A stretch of 64,000 nt of DNA, from positions 522,099 to 586,098 of the forward strand of contig NC_068992.1 of NCBI RefSeq assembly GCF_001194135.2, in the 5' to 3' direction. Positions 13,664 through 26,385 of the stretch are shown here, in pieces. This DNA is from Octopus bimaculoides (lineage: Eukaryota). Positions within the stretch are counted from its first letter, which is position 1, and each line of letters begins with the position of its first letter. A program made the position numbers and the translations under genes. The notes under the pieces are model-generated. The model searched no databases. It was not told the DNA's origin and was given only the letters and a program-made list of their open reading frames with translations.

Positions 13664-14135
13664 GGCGCAGGAGTGGCTGTGTGGTAAGTAGCTTGCTTAC
13701 CAGCCATATGGTTCCAGGTTCAGTCCCACTGCGTGGTACCTTGGGCAAGTGTCTTCTACTATAGCCTCGGGCCGACCAAAGCCTTGTGAGTGGATTTGGT
13801 AGACGGAAACTGNNNNNNNNNNTCTTCTACTATAGCCTCGGGCCGACCAAAGCCTTGTGAGTGGATTTGGTAGACGGAAACTGAAAGAAGCCCGTCGTAT
13901 ATATATGTATATATGTATGTGTGTGTGTTTGTGTGTCTGTGTTTGTCCCACCAACATCGCTTGACAACCGACGCTGGTGTATTTACGTCCCAGTAACCCA
14001 GCGGTTCGGCAAAATAGACCGATAGAATAAGTACTAGGCTTACAACGAATAAGTCCTAGGGTCGATTTTCTCGACTAAAGGCGATACTCCAGCATGGCCA
14101 CAGTCAAATGACTGAAGCAAGTAAAAGAATAAGAG
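13664..14135 (+). mobile_element. tRNA-derived SINE type B with internal (TA)/(TG) microsatellite
   Basis: ggcgcaggagtggctgtgtggtaag head, ggttcagtcccactgcgtgg..ccttgggcaagtg core, tail ..ctccagcatggcc..aaatgactgaa..agtaaaaga. Confidence 0.9.
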
Positions 14136-14783
14136 AGAGAGAGAGCCTTAGGTTAGACGGAAGTCCTGCAGAAGCAATATCTTCCATTCACAAATCAACC
14201 TTTTTGAATGTTTAGTTATACTTAAATAATTTTCCGCTAAACTGAATTCCTTTTAATTATAAGAATTTCAATGGTATACTTAACAGGGTGCTTACATAAT
14301 TATATTCTTGCTGTCAGAATCGTGTGTTGGAGGTATACCCAGCTGTTCTATATCCGCTAGGTCACACTGACCAGTAAGTTTCTCATCATTAGTTGCTTTC
14401 TAGCCATTTTGTTGCTCTGGCTACACGAGAGTCTTTTAAAAAGCGTCAATGTTACATAATCTCATTTACCGCTCTGCCTTTCTGCCGTATACTGTATCAG
14501 TCTAAGCGTACTGTGTCCGTCATGCTAAATACTACTTCTGGGACCCGACAGTAACCATATGAATTAATTCTTTTCAGTGGCAAAAGGCCAAACATTAAAA
14601 AGAAAGTACTGTAGTTTATTGATACAAACACAGGAAGTGTTTGATATTTGTTTTAACTCAGAGCGTACAGGGACGAAATTAAATATGGCGAGCTAATTTA
14701 TACATTGTTCTGTGAACCCCTGGTTTTGATATTTCGTATTTAAATGATCAGTAAACGTATAGAAACAACAAATCATGAATATT

Positions 14784-14875
<92 letters not shown>

Positions 14876-14907
14876 CACACATATACATACATACATACAT
14901 ACATACA

Positions 14908-14938
<31 letters not shown>

Positions 14939-15581
14939 TTATTTATATACATATGTATGAGTGAGTGTGTGTGTATGAGTGTGTGTGTGCGTGCGTGAGT
15001 GTGTAAGAGTTATAACGACGATTAGGTCTCGTCGTATGGTGTACATATAAACAGCTCTTTAACCAACAGGCAATTGTACACCGCTGTCACGACTGAGCTT
15101 TCAGTTTAATAGGATTGAATTCCTCGATAACAAAGACTTTAAATGAAGCGATTCAAATATAAACGAACCTGTATACTTTAAGCTGCAATAGCCTGTTCAT
15201 GATTGTAAATATTACATTGAAGTACATGAAAAGATAGGGTCCATAAACCTTTGTATATTTTAGAGAGGCTGTTAAGCATTGAGGGTTTGTGAAGTTGTCA
15301 TTTTCAGGTTGTTCTGACATTCGCGACACTGAGATAACAATTCGAATAATTAATATTTATTGATGACACATGGTATGGTCATCCATCTACATTTTCTTGT
15401 TGTCTTAGAACATGTAGATGGCGTTCGTTGACAGGGTGTTCGCCAAGGGAAATTTATTAGCTACATTGATGTGTGGCAAGTGAAAAATGTTCCTACTTCT
15501 TTATTGTTTTCCGTTGATGCTTCTTGTGGGCATTAGATGGAAAAGAAGGCAAACTGACAATGCAATCCTAACAACGAAGAA

Positions 15582-15655
<74 letters not shown>

Positions 15656-15935
15656 ACGTAATATCAGTTGTAGTTGCTCTTGTAAAAGAGAGTGAAAGGA
15701 AAGAGAAGGGAAAGTGAAAGTAAAAAAGAAAATGCGAGAAAAATATAGAGAAGTGAAAATGTAGAGGTTAATGATACGGAAAATTTTGTAAGAGGAGACA
15801 GGACAGAACAGATACGTTTTAAAAGGAAGTAATAGAATAACGACACAGAACAGTGAACTCTGGTTTGGCCTGGCAGTCATAAATAAGATAGTCGATTAGA
15901 TAAATGGCTACCAATATACCTATCTATCTATCTAC

Positions 15936-16005
<70 letters not shown>

Positions 16006-16541
16006 GTCTGCCTGCATGCCTGCCTGTCTGTCTATCTATCTATCTCACCGTCTGCCTATTTTTACACCCCTGTAGGTGTGTCTGTCTATTTTAAGACCTC
16101 TCTGTATCTATGTCTGTCTCGCATTCTCTCTCAGTCTCTGTCTATCTCCCTATCTTGTAACCATCCTGCTATCTACCTTTCCATCGATTTACTTATCACT
16201 CAATCTATCGATCCATTTATCTTCATACCTATCTATAGATATTATGTAGAGAGAATATATGTATATTATATTGCGCAACGACGTAAAAGAGCAATAAAGT
16301 TAATAAAGGAATCCGTCAATAAACTATCAATGCTATTGATCGACGAAGATATGCTCAATAAATTTTGTAATGTTCATGCCGTTCTCGAGAACATTAATGA
16401 CGTAAGTGAATCGTAAAAGCGAGAGAGGAATCGAATTCGTATCGCAAATTCTCCGACTAAAATCATTTACAATATAGTCTTTTATACACACACTCACATA
16501 CACGCTCATATAAACATAAAGACACGTCTAAACGGAAGAGC

Positions 16542-16573
<32 letters not shown>

Positions 16574-18352
16574 NNNNNNNNNNNNNNNNNNNNNNNNNNN
16601 NNNNNNNNNNNNNNNNNNNNNNNNNNNNNNNNNNNNNNNNNNNNNNNNNNNNNNNNNNNNNNNNNNNNNNNNNNNNNNNNNNNNNNNNNNNNNNNNNNNN
16701 NNNNNNNNNNNNNNNNNNNNNNNNNNNNNNNNNNNNNNNNNNNNNNNNNNNNNNNNNNNNNNNNNNNNNNNNNNNNNNNNNNNNNNNNNNNNNNNNNNNN
16801 NNNNNNNNNNNNNNNNNNNNNNNNNNNNNNNNNNNNNNNNNNNNNNNNNNNNNNNNNNNNNNNNNNNNNNNNNNNNNNNNNNNNNNNNNNNNNNNNNNNN
16901 NNNNNNNNNNNNNNNNNNNNNNNNNNNNNNNNNNNNNNNNNNNNNNNNNNNNNNNNNNNNNNNNNNNNNNNNNNNNNNNNNNNNNNNNNNNNNNNNNNNN
17001 NNNNNNNNNNNNNNNNNNNNNNNNNNNNNNNNNNNNNNNNNNNNNNNNNNNNNNNNNNNNNNNNNNNNNNNNNNNNNNNNNNNNNNNNNNNNNNNNNNNN
17101 NNNNNNNNNNNNNNNNNNNNNNNNNNNNNNNNNNNNNNNNNNNNNNNNNNNNNNNNNNNNNNNNNNNNNNNNNNNNNNNNNNNNNNNNNNNNNNNNNNNN
17201 NNNNNNNNNNNNNNNNNNNNNNNNNNNNNNNNNNNNNNNNNNNNNNNNNNNNNNNNNNNNNNNNNNNNNNNNNNNNNNNNNNNNNNNNNNNNNNNNNNNN
17301 NNNNNNNATATATATATATATATATATATACGTATGTATATATCTTTTATGTTCTACTTGTTTCAATCATTAGACTGCGACCATGCTTGTGCACTGTACA
17401 CTTTTTAATATCTGATTCTTGTCTGATTTATTAGGAAGTAAGCAAGCCAACGCCGAGTGCAAGAGATACTCATACACATACACGCACACAGACACAGACA
17501 TATACACAGACTCTCTCACACGCACACACACACGAAGCGCGCGCACGCACACATGTGCATGTCACAACGCAGAGTCGAAAAGAAATGCTAATCGAATTTT
17601 ATGCATTACAAAGCGTTTAAATCTGAGTGAATTATGAATGCCACCACGTTTTCTCGATGTCTTCGATAGGCGAAAATTCTGACGGATTGAATCACGCTTT
17701 GTTGGGTTTTCCTTAGTGACGACGTATCCGGCTTCTATCGTCAATCAACAGAGTAGAATACTCAGCTGTAATATAAGCGAACCACAAATCAGATTAGCAC
17801 CGAAGGAATGTATTTACGTATGCGTTTCACACATCCTTAAGCCCTTCACCTGTTTTCAGTTCCTTTCAGATATTCTTGTTCACGCTAAGATGCACGTAAG
17901 TTATATCTTAGTTAACAGACGAGGAACTTTGAAACGAACAAAATGTAAATTTAGCTGTTCGTTTCAGTACTGGCTTAATTTATGGTTGCTTTGTAGGGTG
18001 AAAGAATATTCTATGATCTTGATTCAAAGTCGTCGGATACATCTTCTCTGAGGAGTGAGCAACAAGCTGTAAAACTGTCTGGCAGAAGATCCCATTCTTT
18101 TTCTCCCCTTAGAAGATCATAGCGAGGAAAATTTCCCATTCAAACTGAAAAAAGTACTTGATTGGTTCTGATTTTCAATAAAGTAGATCGGAATCTGGAA
18201 TTAAGTGCCTTTCCCTGTCTAGAAACAGAACTTATGTTATGATCATTAGTCCAACACCCTAACTATAAGGTCATTTGTCTACCGACATATCCACGCACAC
18301 ACACACACACACATGCACACACACACACACATGCACACACACACACACACAT

Positions 18353-18388
<36 letters not shown>

Positions 18389-18861
18389 ATGCACACACTC
18401 TCGTAGAAGGCACACGCACACAAACACACACGCGTACACATACACATATGCATATGTGTGTGTGCGCGTATGCATAATTCCTGCATAAATAAATGCACAC
18501 AGGCATATATATAGAAAAATATACATTTAATACTATACATAGACATTGACACACACACACACACACACACATACACAGAGTATAATATTAATGTGGGCAA
18601 CTGGACGCAATATAAATCGCCTAGGCAAAATTTAGCTATCACTAATTCTGATCGTGCCTACTACAAACACTTATATTGCTAAAAATAGCAGTTAAACCAC
18701 TTATAGCTGCGAAAAAGCACATTTATACATACTGATAGGGTAGACAACGCCCTTACGAGCGAAGCGAAGTTTGAACACTTGAAATGCCCAGTTTCATTCT
18801 TATGGGAATTGTCAACAGAGTGCCTCCCTCGCTATATATATATGTATATGTGTGTGTGTGT

Positions 18862-18902
<41 letters not shown>

Positions 18903-19787
18903 CGTGCGTGTATGTATGAATATATATAATTGCGCCTATATATGTATGTATATGAATATAAACATATACACACTTTATTGATCCATTCATAAACATACTC
19001 TAAATACACTAAGTATGTGAATGGGTACNNNNNNNNNNNNNNNNNNNNNNNNNNNNNNNNNNNNNNNNNNNNNNNNNNNNNNNNNNNNNNNNNNNNNNNN
19101 NNNNNNNNNNNNNNNNNNNNNNNNNNNATATATATATTCTATAATCATTATCGAATATGTATTAATCAACTTTCTACATAATTATGCTTCATATTGTTTT
19201 ACGTTTTGAATAATTATCGATTAATTAGGAGCCTGCATGGCGCCAAAATTATCATTTTAATAATTTGGTCTTAGAATGATTTTGGAAAATCATAAGTTTT
19301 GTTTACATTACTCGTTTGTCTCAATTGTATGTGTCGTGAAATGGACGGGAAAATATTTCATTGTAACAAAAGTTGATTTCTTGGTTGTGTTCCTTCGTTA
19401 TTGGTATCCCTACACATTCTAAACAGGTGTCATATTTTTGAATTTATCTTTTGCACAGGCGTTAATTCCAGAGATATCTCAGAGATAACTTCATCGAGTT
19501 ATTTCACACGGAACTTATACATCAAATTTATCGAAAATTTGGCTGCTTCTCTCACGTCTTTAAACTCGTCTCCCTTTCAATAAATATAACAGCGTTGTTT
19601 CAATCGGTGACAATGGTATCGCGCATATTTTCTTAACACAATTTTGAAACTGCAGAAAATATGTATAAATTATATGTACATCTTTCTTTTACGTACAAAC
19701 TGTCTTTATTTGAGAGAGGCTTCTCGTATTATCTGAATTTATTGATTTCTGTTAAGCCCGCTTCATATTTTCGCCATATTGTAAGAC

Positions 19788-19975
19788 AGCGAACTTGCAG
19801 AATCATTAACACGCCGGGCAAAAAGCTTCGCGGCATTGTGTGCATCTTCACGTTCTGAGTTCAAATTTTACCGAGGTCCACTTTACCTTTTATCCATTCG
19901 GGGTCGACAAAATAAGAACTGAGCATCGATGTAATCGCGCAAGCTTGCTGGCCTCGTACCAAAATGTGTGCCTCC
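19788..19975 (+). mobile_element. SINE type A copy (diverged)
   Basis: cagaatcattaacacgccgggc...ttctgagttcaaatt..ccgaggtccactttaccttttatccattcggggtcgac. Confidence 0.8.
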
Positions 19976-20424
19976 GACCGACCAACTGTGTTTGAGATTT
20001 ATATAAGTTCCTTAATTTAATTATTGATTTATTTAAGTGCTTCTTAATGGAATTCCAGCAAGTCTCTAACAAGACTTTTCGAGTTAAGAGATTTCGCCGG
20101 GTTTGCAAATGTGTGGTTGAGTTGGTGTGTGGTCATGTATAGGCGTACGCGTTTGCATTTATGTTCTGTGTGAACATGTCTCTTTAGTGCTTAGGCATTC
20201 GTGTGTGTGTGCGTGAGCGTGGACGTTGGTGCAGCATTTCTTTTTACTTGTCTCCATTCAGATGCACACAACTGAGCGTATAATTATAGTCATTTAAAGA
20301 ATCTCAGATGGAGACTGTTCGGAATGTTGTGGATAGGTAGGAAGGAAGGAAGGAAGGAAGGAAGGAAAGAAGGAAGGTAGGTATGTATACACACATATAT
20401 GTACATATATATATATATAAGCGT

Positions 20425-20604
20425 ACGAATGGCTGAGTGGTAAGAAGATTGCTTCCCAACTACATGTTTCGGGGTTCAGTCCCACTGCGTGGCATCTTGA
20501 CGAAATGTTTTCTACTAGTCTCGGACTACCAAAGCCTTGTGAGTGGATTTGGTAGATGTACACACACATACACACATGCAAACACACACGCACGTACACA
20601 CACA

Positions 20605-20640
<36 letters not shown>

Positions 20641-20673
20641 AATGTTTATAATAATAGTAATAACAATAACAAC

Positions 20674-20730
<57 letters not shown>

Positions 20731-21125
20731 GATGGCTAGACGCAATATAAAACCACAAGGAAAGAATTTGATTGTCACTAATAGTGACTGAGGGTGCATT
20801 GAAGCATCTACATTACTAGAAATAAGAGTCAGAGACCCTTTTCGCCACAACCAGGGCATAAATCTGTCTACTAACAGGAGAGTTAGCCACCCAATATATG
20901 TATATATGCGTGCGTGTGTGTGTGTCAATTTGTCCCACGCCACCACGTGACAACCAGCATTTGTATGTTTACGTTACCATAATTTAGCGGTTCGCCAAAA
21001 ACACCGATAGAATAAGTAGCAGGCTTAAATAAATCAAAGTACTGTGGTCGATTCATTTGACTAAAATTATACAAGGCGGTGCTCCAGCATGGCCGCCGTC
21101 TAATGACTGATACGAGTAAAAGAAT
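20425..21125 (+). mobile_element. SINE type B copy, split by an insertion at ~20637-20892
   Basis: Head 20425-20560 and tail 20900-21125 both match 13664-14135. Confidence 0.85.
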
Positions 21126-21208
21126 AGCAGAATATCTATGCTTATATACCTCTGCATCTACAAACACGAGCGTGCACACGCGCGCGCGCACGATTACACA
21201 AATATATT

Positions 21209-21640
21209 CTTTTCTACTCTAGGCACAAGGCCCGAAATTTTTGGTGAGGTGGGGCCTGTCGATTAGATCTCCTCAAGTACACAACTGGTACTTAATTTAT
21301 TGACCCCGAAAGGATGAAAGGCAAAGTTGACCTCGGCGGGATTTGAACTCAGAACGTAAAGACAGACGAAATACTATTAAGCATTTCGCCCAGCGCGCTA
21401 ACGTTTCTTATTTCTTTATTGCCGACAAGGGATTAACATAGAGGGGACAAACAAGGACAGACAAAGGGATTAAGTCGATTATATCAACCCCAGTGCGTAA
21501 CTGGTACTTATTTAATCGGCCCCGAAAGGATGAAAGGCAAAGTCGACCTCGGCGGAATTTGAACTCAGAACGTAACCACAGACGAAATATCGCTAAGCAT
21601 TTCGCCCGGCGTGCTAACGTTTCTGCCAGCTCGACGCCTT
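21209..21640 (-). mobile_element. Two tandem SINE type A units (dimer-like)
   Basis: actggtactta..gaccccgaaaggatgaaaggcaaagt.gacctcggcgg.atttgaactcagaacgta occurs at ~21285-21400 and ~21500-21620. Confidence 0.9.
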
Positions 21641-22013
21641 CACACAGATATATATTGATAGACCTTGTGCAAGAATAGCGTCTTAGCAGTTTAATGTGGT
21701 GTAGCTTTGTGAGGGAGTCATATTAACTAGTAAACCAGGTAAAAAAAAAATTATAATGAAATCCCACCATATATATGGCAGAGTTTTATAAGAGATTGTG
21801 AGAGATTAGTCAATGTTTTGAGAAAGAGATATTAACTGAGTGTTAGGATCTTACACACCATCCAACGTATCAGAATTATGTGACAGAAAAAAGACGAAAA
21901 AGATATCAGTTGTATTGTTATTTTGTTTTAATGTTTAACAGTAATAACAGACGATGTAGGTGTAGGTCGCTAGATTGGTAGATAGACATATCAATATTTC
22001 GATACAGGGATAT

Positions 22014-22068
22014 GGTGAAGGCGTGTGGCTTAGTGGTTAGGGATAACGGGTGCACGATTCTGAGATGT
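22014..22068 (+). mobile_element. Head-only fragment of SINE type C
   Basis: gtgaaggcgtgtggcttagtggttaggg..cacgat resembles the reverse complement of 50150-50201. Confidence 0.6.
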
Positions 22069-23873
22069 CTTTTTTTGTTTTAAATTAAACTTTTTCTTTA
22101 AGAAAACACTCAATGCCTCGTGCACACTCCTTGTGCGCATGCGCAGTATCTTTGGTTAGTATGGAAACAGAGTTCTTTGCAATCAACCATGGAATACGTG
22201 GCGCTTCTTTGCTAACTATGCTAACAAAACTTCACAGTGATGTGCAAAATACTCGCTTCTGATTGGTTAAAATACCCAAATTTTACAAATTTTAAAGTCT
22301 AATAACTTTTTAATTATGGATTTATAGGAAAAATGAATTTAATTTTCATAGTTAGTATACAAAGCTTAATTAATATACCAAATTTGAAAGCAATTGGAAC
22401 TAAATTGTAGACAGTGACGATAACCCCAAAGATCCCTGTATCCTTCTACGTAGATTAAAAATAAATTCGAAAATAAGTTAAAAATTAATCAATTGTGGTG
22501 GGGGTGGGGGAAATTAACATTTTGAAAACGTGATTTTGGGGCCAAATCGTATTCTTCTATATTGAAAACATAGAAATCAGAAAAAAAAGTTTTAAAAAAG
22601 ATTAAAAGAACACATCGAAAAGGACGGTGTACACGTTCTTTACCTTCACCCATTAGTAGTGAGAAGGAAGAACAGATGGATATGTAGATCTACAAGTAGG
22701 TAGACAGGTTCATTTATAGGGAACTCATATAAAATAAAATAACTATAGATTGAACCTCCTTACTGCCGTTTATTCTGAGTTGTGAGGTAGTTTTGATTGC
22801 ACTGTCCTTGACGTGATGCCGCATAGCAGAATAATAAACAAACTCGATCACTATTCAGAGAAACATATACATGGCTATGTATTGAGCTTACTCCGCTGGT
22901 TCATGATTGGTTAAAATTCCCAATGAAGCGTGCTTCGATTAAACAAAGGTCTGCTGCACCTCTCTTTACCGCTAAAAGCTTTGTCTATATGTTTCTTCCA
23001 TATGCTTCTGGTGTTGGAACACTGCGCTGGTTACTTTATAGAAATGTTTCCTCAGGACGCCACACGACATTTAAATGCCAAGACGCTTTATTCGCACGTT
23101 AACAATGCTGTTTGAGACGCACCGACGCACATATATTTGAATATGTATGTATACGTATGTATGCATTTATGTGAGTGTACGCGCGTGTGCGTGTGCGTGT
23201 GTGTGTGTCTGTGATGTGTTTGTTTCACTCTATTGCTTTCTTGAAGAGTCTGTATGTCAAAATATTCCATTGTTTCTTTCTCACTCACTTTAGTAATTTG
23301 AGCTGATTAATCACGAAAGGTCACGTATCAGAATCTATTTCTCGTACTATTGCTTGAAATAAATAATTACTTATACACAGCGCCCTTTCAGCAGACATAT
23401 ACTCATGTGTGTGTGTGTGTGTGATGTATGCACAAGTGTTTCATATATGTGCGTTTGTAAGATTATGTGACGATTGTTAAACGTTCAGATTGTTTTCTGT
23501 GGAGACGCTTGATCTACTTATTATTAATGACACCGTTAGCTCTCAGTACAGCAGTAATACGACCCTGTGGCACATGCATAAATATTTCTACGCTGTGCAT
23601 TGTACTATCGTATTCTACTTTCCCAGACAACAAAATGTCAAGAGATGTATTACCATTAGGCATTCATTATAAATTATTAACGTGACACGTGTCAATTTTA
23701 GAATAGCGAAAATCCGAAAATGAAATCTCAAACTTATATCGGAATTAAAAAAGTAAGCGGTTTACGTTTCGACATACGTAGACACCATTTACATCTGCGA
23801 ACGCACATACCCGGACCTTCATATACTTATGCACATATCAAAATGTGAACGATGATAAGTACACACACACACT

Positions 23874-23922
<49 letters not shown>

Positions 23923-24293
23923 NNNNNNNNNNNNNNNNNNNNNNNNNNNNNNNNNNNNNNNNNNNNNNNNNNNNNNNNNNNNNNNNNNNNNNNNNNNNNN
24001 NNNNNNNNNNNNNNNNNNNNNNNNNNNNNNNNNNNNNNNNNNNNNNNNNNNNNNNNNNNNNNNNNNNNNNNNNNNNNNNNNNNNNNNNNNNNNNNNNNNN
24101 NNNNNNNNNNNNNNNNNNNNNNNNNNNNNNNNNNNNNNNNNNNNNNNNNNNNNNNNNNNNNNNNNNNNNNNNNNNNNNNNNNNNNNNNNNNNNNNNNNNN
24201 NNNNNNNNNNNNNNNNNNNNNNNNNNNNNNNNNNNNNNNNNNNNNNNNNNNNNNNNNNNNNNNNNNNNNNNNNNNNNNNNNNNNNNNNNNNNN

Positions 24294-24326
<33 letters not shown>

Positions 24327-24520
24327 AATATTTAGGAGCAGCAACACAGTAACTTAGTAGTTACAGGTCCATAAGCTGTGGGTTTATATAACTGGTTCAA
24401 ATTACATTCATCTGGATTGTACTAAAACAAATTTTAAGACAATTAGAATGTCACGTGGATAGTTCATACTTTTCATATAGTTTGCCCGTTATGTCGTTCA
24501 ATAAGCAAATACACAAACAG

Positions 24521-24650
24521 ACTAGAAAAGCACTCGGAGAGCGCAGACCTCCGCCAAGCAGCTCTTTTCCACCCGTATACACGCATGCTGGAAATCGCCC
24601 AGTTTCCCAAACCAACGGCGGAAAAAACATAACCTCCCTGGCGGGGTTAT
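24521..24650. mobile_element. Short non-autonomous element with subterminal inverted repeat and terminal hairpin (HINE/Helentron-like)
   Basis: cctccgccaag (24548-24558) versus cctggcggggt near 24637; terminal stem-loop aacctcc-ctggc-ggggtt (24631-24648). Confidence 0.45.
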
Positions 24651-24779
24651 ACATATGTATACATGTATATATATATGTGTATAAATATGTATGCATCCAT
24701 GAATATGTGTGTGTTTGTACATTAATGTATTTACATATGTATGTGTGTACGTACGCACGTATGTATTTATGTATCAACC

Positions 24780-24874
24780 TGTCTGTCTTTTTGCCTGTCT
24801 GTCTTTTTGCCTGTCTGTCTTTTTGCCTGTCTGTCTTTTTGCCTGTCTGTCTTTTGCCTGTCTGTCTTTTTGCC

Positions 24875-24931
<57 letters not shown>

Positions 24932-24932
24932 G
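24780..24932. repeat. 16-bp tandem (gcctgtctgtcttttt)n grading into (TCTG)n
   Basis: Direct reading; runs into an N-gap. Confidence 0.9.
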
Positions 24933-25520
24933 NNNNNNNNNNNNNNNNNNNNNNNNNNNNNNNNNNNNNNNNNNNNNNNNNNNNNNNNNNNNNNNNNNNN
25001 NNNNNNNNNNNNNNNNNNNNNNNNNNNNNNNNNNNNNNNNNNNNNNNNNNNNNNNNNNNNNNNNNNNNNNNNNNNNNNNNNNNNNNNNNNNNNNNNNNNN
25101 NNNNNNNNNNNNNNNNNNNNNNNNNNNNNNNNNNNNNNNNNNNNNNNNNNNNNNNNNNNNNNNNNNNNNNNNNNNNNNNNNNNNNNNNNNNNNNNNNNNN
25201 NNNNNNNNNNNNNNNNNNNNNNNNNNNNNNNNNNNNNNNNNNNNNNNNNNNNNNNNNNNNNNNNNNNNNNNNNNNNNNNTATATATATGTTTGTGTGTTT
25301 GCATATATACGTATATATGCATGTGCATATATATATGTATGTGTGTGTGTATGTATGTATGTATGTATGTATGTATGTATGTATGTATGTATTATGTATG
25401 TATATATACATGCATGTATGTATTGAAATTTGCTGAAGGCAGAACAAGATGACATAAAGTAAACCACAAAAAGTAAACCACAAAAAGGAAATAGAACACA
25501 ATTGGAGTTTTATGATATAA

Positions 25521-25556
25521 TTCTATACTTCGGGGTTATGACCTTTTCTTCAGAGC
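25521..25556 (-). ncRNA. Decayed hammerhead-like motif
   Basis: Minus strand: CTGAAGA-A-aagg-tcataa-cccc-GAAG-tata. Confidence 0.4.
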
Positions 25557-26199
25557 ATACGAACAAGCGAAGGATGGAGAAATGTCGTTACTGATGTGTG
25601 TTGGGGAGGAGTGGTGACGGGGTGATTAATACTTTATCAAAGAAAATTAGTAAAGTAGTTATTGTGACGTTCTTTTGTTTATAAACATATTTAACGTTCA
25701 TGTTTATAGTCGACACAATAAGGCACGGGCCTGCACACACATCTATGCATAAAGTCTACTGGGAAGAAAGTGATTCACTTTTAACAACATATTCACATAC
25801 AGATGTATACACACATACATTAGGAAATAGCTGAATTAAATACGACAAACTCAAGATACATGCACATATGTTAAACAGTTAAGCTGTAAATACAGTCATA
25901 AAACGTTGGATGACACACAAAGAAGTGAACGGCTGAACAGTATAATGCAAACAATACTGAACGGACATTTTTACCACTAATTCTAAACAAAACTAGAACC
26001 GTTTTCATTTTAACAATCAACAATTGTGGTGTGATTTGTGACGTATAAACCAAATACATTACATACACACACCTCCGCGTACACATATAATTTCACAAAT
26101 AAAATATATGAGTAGATATATGACTAATACGTGCGATGCACACACAAACACACACACGTTCATACACACGCATACATGTACGTATCTGTGTTTGTGTCT

Positions 26200-26385
26200 T
26201 TGTATTCCACCCCGCCAACTGATTGCTGACTGCGTTGGTTGGTTAACGTACTCGACACTTAGCAATTCGGCAAAATGTGATAGACAGAATAAGTGTCAAC
26301 TTGAAGTATAAACTAGTTTTGATTCTTTTCGGCTAAACCTTACAAGGTAGTACCGAGACATGGCAGCAGTCCAAAGATTAAAACA
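26200..26385 (+). mobile_element. Diverged tail of SINE type B
   Basis: cttagcaattcggcaaaa..gacagaataagt..catggcagcagtc matches the tail of 13664-14135. Confidence 0.65.

Noticed and set aside
13754-13880. Direct duplication of ~60 nt around a 10-N gap
   Set aside because: Typical unmerged contig overlap, an assembly artefact.
15904-16416. 170-aa ORF ending near a GTAAGT at ~16404
   Set aside because: First half is (TCTA)n; remainder unrecognised and lacks a good acceptor.
22002-22441. 10-bp inverted repeat atacagggat/atccctgtat as TIRs
   Set aside because: Does not extend and is short enough to occur by chance at this distance.
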